A stretch of 62,949 nucleotides of DNA, filler included, from Choristocarpus tenellus KU-1152 (lineage: Eukaryota > Protista > Phaeophyceae), in NCBI GenBank assembly GCA_964200185.2. It is 10 parts of 10 records of this genome, joined end to end, with 100 filler letters (N's around TTAATTAATTAA, not from the genome) between each part and the next. Parts side by side here need not be neighbours in the genome. Positions count along the whole stretch, not along the records: positions 48,218 to 59,063 come from CAXNAD020002675.1; positions 59,164 to 62,949 come from CAXNAD020017933.1; 8 more parts are not named here. One strand, 5' to 3'. Numbering within the stretch: the first letter of the stretch is position 1; each line of letters starts with the position of its first letter. The translations under genes were made by a program, and so were the position numbers. This document shows positions 49,642-62,949 of the stretch, piece by piece. A model generated the notes under the pieces. That model saw only the letters and a list, made by a program, of their open reading frames with translations. It searched no databases and was not told where the DNA came from.

Positions 49642-51471
49642 ATTGGTGAATAATCGACTTTTGAGCGGGAACATACTAGATGACCCAAGATTGGACTCTT
49701 TAACGTTAGATCGATGGTTAGGATCTATTCTTTAGCTTCCAAGGAGTGGGTAGAACAGTGGTTGCGCAAGGGCGCCTGTGAACCTGGATGTGGGCGCAGA
49801 CCTCTCTACGCCACTGAAGAGGGATAGCATAAATTGTGGCTGAATATACAGCAATTAGGAAACAGGCGGAGACTGTGCTGGGATATTGAAGTCACGCATC
49901 CTGCTGGAGTGCCACGGAAATTGTGAATGGCCTCAAGGTACGATCACACCTTCATTTACAAATATACTGCACAATAAATAGTTGGCTACACCCTGTTCAC
50001 AGTAGGCACCACTTCTTGGTTCTTTGGAGATCATTAGACCAGTCCTGGTCCTGTTGGCAACGTGAATGTGTGTTTTTGTTGTGAAAACTGCAAGGACCGG
50101 GGGGAATTTGATTAATCCCAGATACATTTTGAACTTTATAGATCCTGCTTGAGATGTCACCCTTTCGCAAAAACACGCATCAAATAGAGCTGACCACGGA
50201 TGAGCTTGCTATTTATTGAATGGGCTTGAAGCAAAAGCTTGACTCACACCTTGGCACCCTTATGGACATCAAAGTAGTATTTGTGTGTGCAACAAAGTGG
50301 CATATACATTTGAGACTTTTGTTTCCTGGATTCCCTTGGTCAACCATGCACTGCAAGTGCCTCTTTGATTTTGTACCCTTGCCCCCTTTGCTCTGAGCCT
50401 GCATCACAACCTGGCACTGTACATTGGAGCCCTCAATTCTCCGTGAACTTCAAGAATCAGATGATCAGAGACACCTCACTATAGGTTATCTTCCGCTTAC
50501 CAACGAGACAAACCAATCAAGTGTAGGCAGGACCAAACCCTTTTGCATTCTAAGCCCTCTTTCTTACCCTGTGCAATACCTTCTCAATGCATAACTACTG
50601 GTGTCGCCACCACCACCATCACTGCCACTGCTGATTCGAAGTCAATAGTCTGTGCCCAATGTTTCTACTAAAAGGGTGTGTTCACCAAACTTAGAGGGGT
50701 AAGTACAGAGGAAAAGGAGTGAGGTGTGAATGGGAAATGCCAATTACCAGATCACCCCAAGCACCCAAACAGAACTCAATAGGTCATTACAAAGGTATAT
50801 ACTGTAGCACTCTACAGGAATAATCTAAAGATAGTTGTTTTATATTTATTTTTCCCTGCATGACATCTGCAATATGTGCATTATCAGGGGGGGTAATAAT
50901 AAAAATTTGTAAATAATACTATGTAGTAGCGAATAAGTATAGTAACAAAAAATCAACTTGAAAAAAAATAGAAATAGAGAGCAACCTACTATAAACATGT
51001 GCTATTGTAAAATTTACTTCTCAGACAGAGTTGATGGTTTTGTTTGACATTTTATGACGTGGCTGCCCTGTGTGTCAACAGTACTTTATCCAGTCAGCCA
51101 TAGGTGAAATGTTCTAACATGGCTGGGCCATAGTCATGGCCCAGAGGTGAACATGCCAACTGTCCTGCCTTGTTAAACCCACTGCAGTTGATTTGGTGCG
51201 TTATTGTTGAGATGTTAGGAACTACCAGCAGAGGATTCTGTTGAAACTATGTAAATAAACAGCACAGCAGTAGAAACTGGGGTATTTTTCAGGGATGGAG
51301 AACATACCCTGCAGTAGGCAGCGAATACCATATCAGGGTATAATGAAGAAACAAGCACACATGTAGTAACTTTTGCATTCCCAAGTGAGGTATCCCAAAC
51401 CCCAGTTCATGAGCAAAGCGTCTCACACATGACAGTTGTGCATATAACCCCTCCCCCCCTGCCAGTGGCAA

Positions 51472-54400
51472 TCACATCTTATCAACACCTCCAATGTCTT
51501 CCAACCAATCCATAGCATCAGCACCTCGGATCACAATAGGTCTACCCCGGTCAATTCCCAAGATAGAGACAGACTCCTTAGACAAGGCATCGCCACCAGC
51601 GCCATCCACTGGTAGGGGAAGTGGGAAGTCAAGAGCCAACAATGCAATGACTGGCCTTGGCGGAAGCAGCAGCTCACCCAGTGTGGAGGTGTCAGCTCTC
51701 GCTGAGCACAGCAGAACAATGTCTGCCCCCTTGGCGAAGTCTCCATCCGCCATCTTGGTCAATATCATGCGCAGGGCCACCCTAGTTGCTGCTAGGGTCA
51801 TGTCCTGCCAAACAGATTAGAGTACTATGGGGTGAAAACACGGACCATGTAGGGCAGGCAAGTACTTACGGATAACAACAAAGTCAATGCGGCATGACAA
51901 CAGATGTTGCTAGACATGAAGTAAGTGGTGGATCTCTGTAACTATTGTCATACTGCCCCCATTCCTTTTGACCTTTCACAATATATAGTCATACCACCTG
52001 TCTTTACATCTCTCTAGATAGATAGACATTTGAAGAGATCAGAGATATCCAAACAGCACCTGGACCCTAAGCCCTGCCATAACGCTTGTGCTGTCCTCGT
52101 TCTGGGCAAAGTTCCTCTCTTCAATCCCCACACCAGGCTTGTTGTTGCCCACCGTCCCCGCTCCAGCCTCTGCATCCCCTCCCAGTCTCCTCCATGCATC
52201 CAAGTCCATGTCTAGGATCTAAGCACCACAAACAGCAAGATGTGCGTAGGATAACACTGAAAAATATATTTGGGCAATGGTGTGCTGTGTGCCTAAGAGC
52301 ATTGTAGTACACTCTGTAGTAGATATTCAATACTCCTCATCAAGGCATGCAATTGTACTTTATATTGATGGTTAGCACTCTCTGCATAACAACAGTGTTG
52401 GGGCAGGGAGAAGGTGGTAGGTACTCCATGAGGAGAGTGAAGGCTGTGTTAATGTATGAGATTGTGTCATATCACCCCAGGGGGTGTTTGGTATTACGAA
52501 ACACAACATCCCTTGCCTTCTCTGCAATGTAGGCAGCCATCTTGTCTAGATCTAACACAAGGGCTGGTGCCATTGACCCAATGTCTACTTCAGACAGAAA
52601 AAATGGCCCTGCACTCAGTACTCCAGCATATGCCATAGCTGTACAGAGAATGACAATTACAGAGAGACGACAAACATAACAGCAGCACCAGAGGTGGAAA
52701 GGGACAAGGGGGAAGTTGGAGACTTCAGCACAGCCATGCCTTCACCGGAGATGTGTTTCATCATTACTACACTGTACTTTCCAAGGCTGTTCCTATGCAA
52801 AGGTTGCAACAAGAATCTTAGAGCCAAAGTAGCTGGGAGGGGGGTGGCACTGGCTATCTGGTGTATGAGTTGTCAGAACTCACTGTCCACAGGTGTGGAT
52901 GGCATTTTTCTTCTCTTTGTGTACATCCAGCTTGCAGAAGGAAGTTATCCTTACTGACACCCTTTTCTTAATGTCTTCATCTTCTTCGAACAGAGTTAAA
53001 AAAAACTCCATCAAACTCAAAATGGCCAAAACAGCTACCCCTCTCAAGGATTTTGACTCCTACCTAGCCATTAATAGAGTCCTTCAACCTCTTCAAACCG
53101 GCACTGGTCAGGGACAAAGCGGCCCAACATACAGTACAAGCTAAATAGGTTCCTCCACTTTCTGAGTGCCACCAATCATCTCTTGCTCAAGACACTTTCA
53201 ATCCCTGCTATACGAGGGTGCAAAAGGACCAAGGTGGAAAGAGAGGGGCTCACCATCATAGGCCACATTCCATTTCTTTTGGCGCAGGCACGTATTAACC
53301 ATGTAGGTGTAGATTGACGCCACATAGACAGGGTTGGTGCTGCCATACTTCTCCACTGCAAGTGCTTTCTGCCTGTTCAAACAGTTGTAACCAATGCAGT
53401 GGTTGTGAGCATACATGCGTACAATACACAATCTACTACTTGTACTCCCAGTATCAAGTAAGGTTGTAGAGTCAAGAATACAGATTTATGGATACCTTAC
53501 ACAACCTACTACTAGCACTCTGAGTATCAACTAAGGATGTAGAGTCAGGAATACAGAAGATAGGCAAGGCAGCAAAAAGCATTTTCTTACTTGTGCTACC
53601 AAATCAACCTGTGAATGGATTATGATGCACTTGAGCGTCTTCATAGCTCAGTGGCTTAAGGTCAGCGTTCCCTTGCAGGAATACGACAATTTGAACCTGC
53701 TCAATGCCAGACTTCTGTTCAGGGAAGGTCTGGTTTCAATGATGCAAAGTCCGTATGGCAGGCACTACTGATTATACACCCATACTATCCTGTCTGAAGC
53801 TATACCACAAAAACACAGGAAAACCAAAATATGAGGTTGCAAGGCTTCATTATAGGGCAGCTTCAAGTCAGGTGAGTACTGTAGGGGATTTGAGGGAGGT
53901 GGAACGACAGGTGGAAGGATGGCTAAACTGAACATGCCAAGAATAAGGCATGAATTGAGACAATACAATTGGTTGTATTGCAAGTTAGTATGAGAAATAG
54001 TGCAATGTGTACTTCCTCTGGTCACAGGTCGGGATATTCCCCAGGCTACGGTGAAAAAAAATCCACCTAACTTGACCTTCCTTTTACCTAATGAGACTAA
54101 ACAAGCTTTGTCTGATGCCTCATAATGGGCATTCAATCATACCCAAACTTGTTACTCCCTGGTTACAGCCAACACCTGCCAGACAAGGCTAAAAGAACAC
54201 CTTTCAAGTTTTCCTAGTTATAGTCCATTTCATCTACTACTGGCCAGAGTCTACTGGCCAATGCTCCTATGCGTACTACACCCACTCTGCTTCACTCTTC
54301 AGACGAAGTCATGTGATACCATTACATTATCAAAGTGCAATTATTTAATATAACTTCAGCATAACTATCCCTTAGACACACAAAAGCCAGTGCTTCTGGT

Positions 54401-56211
54401 TCAATAACAATACTACCTGCTTAAACACACACACACACACACACAACTCTTTCCCGGTCAGCAACTTACCTCCACTTCTTCACTGCCACATCCCAGGGCG
54501 TGTCTAACTCCTTCATAACCTCATCCCTAAGAGTCAACAAAAAGTAACCATCCTCATCCCAAGACATGCCAGCTTCCACAAGGGCATCCACAAGTGTCCC
54601 TTCCTTGGCTAGTGCAGTTAATTTCGGGCAGCGTTCAAGAATTATACTTGCCTAGTGCCCATGACAGATCGCACAGTGGGAAATGCAGGCAAGACATCAT
54701 GCATTGATGTGAAGAAGAGTATGGAGTATTCAGGCATCAAAGTATTCAACTTTAGCTTAATGGAAATACTTAGATTGGACATTTTACCTTGCCATGTTGC
54801 AAGCAAGGGGGACCCGAAGGATATTGATTATAGAGAAAATGATTTTTAATCCATTCCCACACCTGCTCCATAGCATTTAATTGTTAAGGGGCAGGGTATA
54901 AACCTTCGCCTTCAGGCGGAATTGTCTTTAGCTAATAAGCTAGTNNNNNNNNNNCATACAACATTAGACCTAAAATATCAGTGTGTGTGGAAAACAAAAT
55001 ACGGATTTAAAGTTAACTCATCATAGTTCTAGAAGAGATAATTCATTCCAGTAGTGCAGACGGTCCTGAATTAGGAGATGCTTGCGTGATTACATTTGAC
55101 CATATGCTGGCAAGTCTAGTAGTGTGGGTTCTCGATAAATCTGTGACATACGTTATTGCAGAGGACTACAGTGTAGTATAATAATCAAATGCACTATGGT
55201 GTTGTACATAGACAAATCACACGAATAAAACAAGCGGGTAAAGAAGTTTTCAAAATCGTTGATCTATTTTCTCATACTGCCTCATCCCCACTGGTTTCTC
55301 AACATTTTTCGGGGAGTGTATGTCATTCCCAATCCACGAAAGTCGTGAATCAAGTCCCAGCGCAAGGTCTCCACCATCGTCTCGTTCTAATCAAGAACCT
55401 CAAGGGCTTTCTCACCCTAGGGCAGTGAAGGGTGAGGCAAGAGGCCACAACAGCATGTCAGGGCATCTCGAGTATGAGTGTGGATCCGACACCAGTTTCA
55501 CCAGTTGCCCATCACGGATATTGTTGTCAAAAATGTCTGTTTGACATAGAGATCGAAGGAAGATGGGACGCTATTGAAAGCCAGGTTTCCGCCATCATTC
55601 AGAGGTCATAATATGATAAGTCTCGCAGCATAAGGTTCCGGTCCATACAGGCCTTGTGGCAGCAATCGATACGTCTTGACATCAAGAGTGAAGAGCTCTA
55701 CGATGGCACCACAAATGCAACTGAGGCACACGAACAAACTCTTTGCGGTTACTCATCCACTCAATTTTGACCGCTCAGATAGATCAATGACCACACGGAT
55801 TCATCATGTCTGGAATATACCACTCCTGACCTCGGTCGACAGGAGATCCTGCTGGTCGGCAACCTCCTGTGCCAATGTTGACAAGAGCTGATCCACGGAA
55901 ACATCCTGTTCCATCTTCCCCCTCAGGTCCCATAAAGCAGCGCGTGCGGCTGGATCCGCATTAATTGCTTGCTCCATATGCTGCCGACGATAAGAGATTT
56001 CTTCCAGTTGAGATTCCACAAGGGGTGGTCTCCTCTTATCATCATCCTTTGTAAGAACCTCTTCGTTGTTGCCCACTGCTTTGTGCTTGTTCTCCCTTCC
56101 TGCTAGAGGCGTCGCATTTCCAGCCCTTCGGACAAGGCAATTGGAAGGAGCTATGAAGGCGAGAGCATATCCAATGGAGACGGTCCACAACAAGGACTTA
56201 AGGAGCAACAT
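51472..56211 (-). CDS. Multi-exon plastid-targeted protein of unknown function
   Basis: Exon 1 (56211-~55831) has a signal peptide plus ALA|FIAP. Phase-consistent GT-AG exons follow at ~55697-55649, ~55537-55416, 54526-54470, ~53371-53254, ~52211-52060, ~51935-51870 and ~51804-51472, giving e.g. PFTALGDEVMKELDTPWDVAVKKWRQKALAVEKYG. Manual model; other exons are possible. Confidence 0.55.
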
Positions 56212-57719
56212 TAGTCTATGAAATTGATGTTTCCAGGAGGAAACTTGAAATAGTTACGTGTTACATGAAAATTGAAAATGACATGGGACAAAAACGCCAC
56301 TTTCTGTTTTATGTGAGTTTGGATAGATCTGATTGGAGGGTTGAGGAAAGCCAGATTTGGGATGGGTTAGTTAGTTGGAGTGATTCCATTGTTTGACAGA
56401 AGTGAGATTGTACTATGATTGATGCCTATCACGTGTTACAGATTATGCTTGTCCCTTATAGATAGGTGTTTTTTTCTCAAGGTTTTTGCCGTGATGAATC
56501 ACACCATGCTAGGTTTTTGAAGAGAAGGCAAAAGGTTGGGTCCGCGATGTGGAAATTGAACAAGGATCAATCAGAGGTAGTTTGAAGTACGTGTTCGTTT
56601 TTTATTTATGGTGTGGTATTATTTGTAATAATAGTCATTGTCCCAATCTATGATCAGAGGCACTACCCATTGGATGGACCACAACATTCAATATCTTACT
56701 AACTCTTGGACTAAGAATAATTGTACTGACTCCGTTCTTTCCTCTTGCTTCTCACCAGGTGGGTCCAGCACTCCCACTCATCGCCACTCCGTCTCCTCCC
56801 TTGAATCTTCTCCTGAACCCTCCCTGAAGTTTCCACCTTGAACGTGGTCTGGGGTTTTTGTGATATATAGTCGCAGAGAGGATGATAGTACATGTTGTAT
56901 ACAATCATTGCCATTTCTTAACTACCATGTAAAATCAAGAGGCCCACATTACCGTAGTACCACCATAGAATGATAAATCTGGGGAATATCCCAACCTGTG
57001 GTCAGAGGCACTTCACACTGCACTACACTAATATTGCGATAATATTCATTGTAAGAGGGACTGAACCCCTTGGGGTTTTGCATCTACGACAAAGGGACAG
57101 GGGAGGGGAGGAAGCGTGGCGTAACCCCTTGCATCTTCGTGCCCAATGGAGCTTAAATAGTTGAAGTCAAGGTGTCACGTCGAAATCTGAACTACGTACG
57201 TATGAACTATTCTATTATTACTTCTACATTACAAATTTCGATGAGAAGACGCTGTTGTAAACACTACAGACTGGACATCACTCTGGGATAGACGATTATA
57301 TACTGTACCATACCTGCTGCTCTAGTGCACTTGTTACAACAGGCGAATAGCGCGAGCATTTCTTTCTGCATGCCGGAATGCACGAACAGTATACATAAGA
57401 ATTCATATGAGAGGAACTTTGAATTGATTGAAGATGCAGAGTAAGATTCGAAATGCATACATAACCTTACAAAATAGACGTCAGTTCCTGAAAGTTGCAG
57501 AATAAAGATTTATGATTGAGTATTTACACAGCAGTTTGCAGGTTTCATTTAACTCTTGGGTGTAGAAAAACGATGAATGACGTTAATAAAAGGCTGACTT
57601 GTTGTTGACCACGACTCAGTCCTTTGATCCTTACCCTATTTTGATAAAACGAAAAGCGAGACATCGACTGAGCTAAGCATCAACTGACACAATATGTGGT
57701 CATCATCTGTGGACCCCCG

Positions 57720-58750
57720 TAGCATCGATTTAAGGTCGTTGGATTTGAGTTGCATATCCTGTGGAGGGGAGTTCCGGGGTACCTGTAAAATTAGTATGTC
57801 GCACATCATCAGTCATCACAGCTTCCTTATAATGCCACTATTCCACGAACCTCATTGTGTTGGCATCCACAAACTTAGACCACTTACTTGTGTTGTTTTG
57901 TCTCCCTTACACCACATCCCTCAACTGTAGTCCCAAACCCCCCAAGGGCATCTTGAAGGTCTATCCATCAGATATCCTCTAGTCCACCTTGCTTTCGTTT
58001 TCCGACAGGAGAAAGATCCCCAAATGTCAACACCTTGCTCGGGAAATTGCTCATCCCCCACCATGCGTGCAACTCACTCGGCAAATAGGAGTCTTCATTT
58101 GTACACAGTCGCCTCAATACTCTCTCAGTCAGTCTTCACAACGCCTTTGAAGGATAGTGCTTGATTGGCGCATTCCTGTTGCGAAATACAGTGCAACGTA
58201 GAAAAGTAAAAGTAATTGAAATGTAGGCAGGTTTTGGACCTTCTGCAGTTGAAGCTTTTTTTTTGCCATGAGCAATACACCCTATTCCATTGCCTTTTGC
58301 GTACAACAGTGTCTGCAAAGTTGGTATTCTTCCTTTATATGCATACACACAAAATGACACTACAATTCGGCAAACACTTTTCCCGCAATTGTACAAAACG
58401 TGTTTTTGGTCATTTGTTGGGATCATGAAAGTGTAGCCTTGCCCACCTCTCAATTACTTTGGCTCAGAAGGAATTTGTGGTGTTTGGAGCGAAGCTCCAT
58501 ATAGCGGACCTGGCAGAATGTCTATGTCATGCAACCATAAAATAGAACCTCAAATGCTTCGGTTTGAGCATTCGAATCTTAAGCTCAAGAGATACACCTA
58601 AGGTACTGTCATAGAGAACTTGACTGTATCTTCGGAATCAACTTATAAACTATCTGGATTGTCTGGCTGATCCCGGCTGCGGTAGAATATACTTGACTGA
58701 TAGTGCTCCCAAGGGAAAAAAGTTATCATTCTACTTGTAGTTCTGGTCCA
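57720..58750 (-). mobile_element. Gypsy-related 3' remnant
   Basis: 57729-57788 is homologous to 17957-18017 in the Gypsy contig. The extent is a guess. Confidence 0.4.
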
Positions 58751-58849
58751 GCGCCTGGATCTGCATGATGATGACTGCAGCCTTACTAGGAAGAGGCTGA
58801 AGATACACAATCTCCATGTTCATTCAGTGCTGAAAAGTTCAGAACAAAG

Positions 58850-59037
58850 GACCCAAAGTATCTGGGGCGGGGGGGGGAGGGGAGGGTCTACATCAGGGTG
58901 TCCATTTGGACCATAACCAGGAAAAGTGCACTTACATATATCCATCAGACACACGCAAGCGAATCACCAAAAAATCGCGACATAAAAAAAATGGTCCCAA
59001 ATGGACAGTTACTACCCCCCCCCAGATACTTTGAGCC
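58850..59037. mobile_element. MITE family B
   Basis: GACCCAAAGTATCTGGGG...CCCCAGATACTTTGAGCC. Confidence 0.88.
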
Positions 59038-61165
59038 AATGGTCTGGCTACCTTCACAATCACNNNNNNNNNNNNNNNNNNNNNNNNNNNNNNNNNNNNN
59101 NNNNNNNTTAATTAATTAANNNNNNNNNNNNNNNNNNNNNNNNNNNNNNNNNNNNNNNNNNNNATTTAAAATGTCAGAAAAAAAAAGTTTTTTACCCCAA
59201 ACCCCCCCCCCCCCCCACCCCCCCCCCCCCCCCCCAGATACTTTGACCCAAGGTCTGTGAACCAGTTGGATCGAATACAAACCTTTTGACTTTATCTATT
59301 GTACAACACACACCTATACACATCACATATCTTATGCAGCAGTGTATATTGGAGTGTGCAAGACGAATCACACTGACTCCTGAAATTGCTGCTCTGAGTC
59401 ATATATTTATGGAATGAAACGTTTTCCATTCCCAAATACCCAGAGCAGTCATGAGTGGACTTGGCAGAAACCAGTGATATAGTAAGCGAGCCAAACAAAT
59501 TGAAAGGTAGGCAGGTTTGGATCATTTTGCATTCTAAGCCATCTCTCTTTCCCTGTGCAATAAACTCTAATTCATTGCTCTATGTGGACAGTAATGTACG
59601 CAAAATTGATGCTCTACCCCTTTCCACACACAACAAGGCGACACATGTCCCCACCACAATCAGGTTAAGATGACGAATAAAATGAGCAACGGCAACAGGA
59701 CAACAAAAATGAAAAAGAACCGAATTCAATTATGGTTGATAGTATTATTGCTATTCTTTCAGTTTCAACAATTTTGTTCATTTTTTTTTTGTCTGGGAAC
59801 AATGTCTTCATACTATTGAGAGACAATATTGTACTAATTTTCATCTAACCACAACTGTACTAATTGTGCTATCTCCGTCTGTGCCTTGTCTTACTTCTCG
59901 CATGTTGGGTTCAGCAATCCCACCGGTCATCCCTCCCTCTCCTCCCTTGAATCTTGTGCTGGACTCGCCACGACTATGTGCCACTTCGATCTTTTTAGTA
60001 TGGGGACAGATAGTAGATAGGAGCTTAGAAACATGGTACTAGGAATTGGATAATCGAAACCAGATATATTTCCATGAGAAGAAGCCTGGCGGACTTGTAG
60101 AAGGATTTCCTGTGGAGTCCATTTATCTATGAAAGAGGACCCTCTCTCGATGACTAGTAATGACGTCGTCCTTAACAGGGTAAGAGGATTTAAAGATTCA
60201 CATTTTCATATCATGATAACAGAAAAAAACATGAAACCGAAGAGTAACGCGCCGAAAACGCCGTCCCGTGGTATGTACCTACAACAACACGTGGTATCAC
60301 ACCCATGTGTGTTGTGCCGAGTGCTAAAAGTTACAAGTGTATCTATACCTCCGTTGCAAAAAAGATGAGGACAGAAGCATATTGTTATTGTAGTGGAAGA
60401 GGCACATCCGAACCGCATCAGGCGAGGTAGAGGTGGGCATGGTCTAAATTGGACATCTATGATGGTCTCTCCCTTCCGAATCTTGAGGTACAGAAGAAAC
60501 TGAAATAGGTTTCGCTATGGGCGCCGGAGCATCTTGTGCGGGGCAGACTACCTCTATATCCCCACACGAGAGACTGCAGAAGATCTTGATACTCAGGTAA
60601 AATGGATGAGCCAAAAGAGGCCTATAGATATTGCTAGCGCGTCGTGGTATCTGTGATTTCTTTCGTATTTGTGGTGGGCCAACTCGAGAAGCAAATCATT
60701 CGCTGAACAGGTTAACAGGGAGTCCCATAACTGCACCGCTGCTGTGTTTGTCAGGGCGTACAACTGCTGTCCACGGGGTTGGACATTGAGGGAACACTTC
60801 ACTGCTGCTGCTGGCGAAAAAAGATTATTGACGAAGGTATCTACCACGAGGAGAGAACGAAGGAATGGGTAAATTAGGGGGACGAATTACTGCCACTACA
60901 TCGTGCTTGATAAACAAGCTTTTCTCAACAGAGTTTTCGAAAGTCTCAATTTATTTTATATGAAAATGAATCACCACCCAGATCGTTCAGCCCTTGGTCA
61001 AGTATGACCATTGAACGAGTAGAACCACAAGGAGACTAAGGGTTTGAGTGCCATTGTAGAACTATCTACAAACAACGTTGACAAGCTCAACACCAAGAAT
61101 CTCACACGGCACAGGAGGACATCAAGATAGCTCTCAAGCTCGACGACTCCCCGCGCATTGAGGCA

Positions 61166-61774
61166 ATGCTTGAGAGTGGAATGGTGGACAAAGACATTCC
61201 AATTGACACATTCGTATCATTCCTAGAGAAGGGCCTGCATCTCCCGCAACCTTCAACATCTGCCCCTACCATGACCCCAGCCCCGGCATGGACTCTTCAC
61301 ACCAGTCGTACACTCGGAGGAGTCACTGGAGGACCGTCGCCCAGCACTCTCCCTGAAGCTGCTTCTGCAACATCCACCACAGGAATGCATGTGGTCCCCC
61401 TCAGCTCGAAGTGGGCAACATTATCTAGGGATGGCACTAATTGCTTTACCGCCACCACTAGCCTTCCCTCCCCCCTAAAACCACTTGAGTCCCAGGGAAC
61501 AGCGAGTGAAGCAATCAAGGGTGGACTGACTCAGCAGTCAGCAGACAAAGAACCAAGTAGGGCACAAGGAAGCAGATCTAATCCACAAGTGGAAAGAGCA
61601 GATTGTACTGCTCTCGCTAAGTTCTTAGGCGGTGTCTTGACTCTAAGTGGAAGGGAAGCACACCGCCGGGCAAGACCAATTCGCCCTGTTTGGCGCAAGA
61701 AGGAAACCCTGATACAGGAGCGTATTGTACAGTACACGACTTTGGATGAGTCTGGGCAGGTATGGCGAAGATAG
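61166..61774 (+). CDS. Unknown S/T/P-rich ORF
   Basis: 202 open codons with no recognisable motif. Confidence 0.25.
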   Translation: MLESGMVDKDIPIDTFVSFLEKGLHLPQPSTSAPTMTPAPAWTLHTSRTLGGVTGGPSPSTLPEAASATSTTGMHVVPLSSKWATLSRDGTNCFTATTSLPSPLKPLESQGTASEAIKGGLTQQSADKEPSRAQGSRSNPQVERADCTALAKFLGGVLTLSGREAHRRARPIRPVWRKKETLIQERIVQYTTLDESGQVWRR

Positions 61775-62370
61775 GAGGTACAACAGGGACAGACACTATC
61801 AACCTCATCAGAAACAACATTTTAACCAACTAGGAGCGACCAAATAAATCTACCAAAAATGCAAATCCACCCCATGAATACTAAATACACCCCACCCGAT
61901 TTTCAGCTGCAACCTTCACATCTCCCTTTACCTGTTCTGTTTCCCGAGCACCACCTTCTTCCGATCTTTCCCCAGTCCTTTCCCACCTCTTTGTGTGTAG
62001 CAACGACTATATACATGATTTTCTTGTACATTAAACAAACAAATTCACAAGTACGATGACCCCACCATTGACCAGATTGGATTTGGAGCCATCCTATGTA
62101 AGCAGGGGGCGTCATTGAGCTTTTTTGGGGGGGGTCTTTGCGACTGCCTATTGGTTTGTACACTTTTTGCACTCTATTTTGCGACTATATAGACAATAGC
62201 TCGTCTTCTCTCCTGCCTCCACAGCCCTAAGAGGGACCAGCCGAACTTACGTCAACGGAATGGGTTGTCAGGCAGAAGGCCTCAAAGCTCCTGGATACTC
62301 AAAGGGACCTGAATAGACCACCCTCGATGATAGGATACCTCTTCAGCCTCCCACAAATTCCTCAATAAAA

Positions 62371-62628
62371 GAACCAAAGAATTTAAGACAGGACTGCGTC
62401 TGTTCGGGGTCATAAATCCAACGTTGCGATTTTGATGCATTTTTGGCTATTGTGTTTGATATAGCAAGTGTCAATATCATTGCTCCGGTCACACCTGTCA
62501 TGGTCGTATACATTTTAGGCAGCTGTGTTCGCACAGAAAACCGAAAAAGGGCATAAAAGACCCATTGGAAGTCAAGCCTCGAGAGAACAAACAGGGCAAA
62601 ACTCCTACCCTCTTGAATGCTTTGACTC
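62371..62628. mobile_element. MITE family A, subfamily A2
   Basis: TIR variant and A2 core, AAA on both flanks. Confidence 0.85.
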
Positions 62629-62662
62629 AAATTTCATTGTGGTCGTGCTACCCCAATCTCAG

Positions 62663-62788
62663 ATGCAGGAGCTGTATGAGACCGAGAAGAGCCAAACCGA
62701 GGTGCTGCACATGGAATGCAAGCTCACAGGGGAGTTTGCTCACCGTGAGAAGACGCAGTACGAGAGTGGGGAGACCTTCAACGGAGAG
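62663..62788 (+). CDS. Single internal exon of an unknown gene
   Basis: CAG|ATG...GAG|GTGTGT, open: MQELYETEKSQTEVLHMECKLTGEFAHREKTQYESGETFNGE. Confidence 0.4.
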
Positions 62789-62878
62789 GTGTGTATGAGG
62801 GTGTACCTTATTTGACTTTCAAGACTGGTTGTCGGTTATGGGATGCTTGTGGTCACTTTCCTTTCTTAGCTGTTCTCT

Positions 62879-62949
62879 GGGTCAAAGTATCTTGGGGGGG
62901 GGTGTCGGCGTCCGTTTTTCACCCTTTTTTCGATTTTCACTTTTTTTGT
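62879..62949 (+). mobile_element. Family B-related TIR terminus
   Basis: Nearly identical to 35609-35680. Confidence 0.8.

Noticed and set aside
60129-60872. Possible transposase or Fanzor/TnpB fragments
   Set aside because: No RuvC, zinc-finger or DDE motif is recognisable in any frame examined.

Overview
Eukaryotic, repeat-rich DNA made of 10 contigs joined by artificial 100-bp linkers (N44-TTAATTAATTAA-N44), so adjacency across linkers is not evidence of linkage. Intron-rich GT-AG genes, two bipartite (signal peptide + ASAFAP-like) plastid presequences and scattered TTAGGG motifs point to an ochrophyte, probably a brown alga (inference). Host features: a U2 snRNA gene (26782-26957, -), exon 1 of CENP-X/MHF2, an intronless uridine phosphorylase (48775-49641) and several orphan multi-exon genes. 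Most of the rest is decayed transposon: a plant/oomycete-type mariner, two Copia and one Gypsy remnants, a solo LTR and about 20 MITE copies or termini from three TIR families. The most notable signal is a putative Sola-like DNA-transposon system. It has G(A/G)NNNAAAGTATCT termini and 3-4 bp TSDs. One terminus leads into a CxxC transposase-like exon. Two divergent ParB/Sulfiredoxin-like (D/N-G-x-H-R) genes lie inside related subterminal sequence, and a 78-bp palindrome-bearing tandem array sits near one of them. Family assignments come from motif recognition only; no searches were run.
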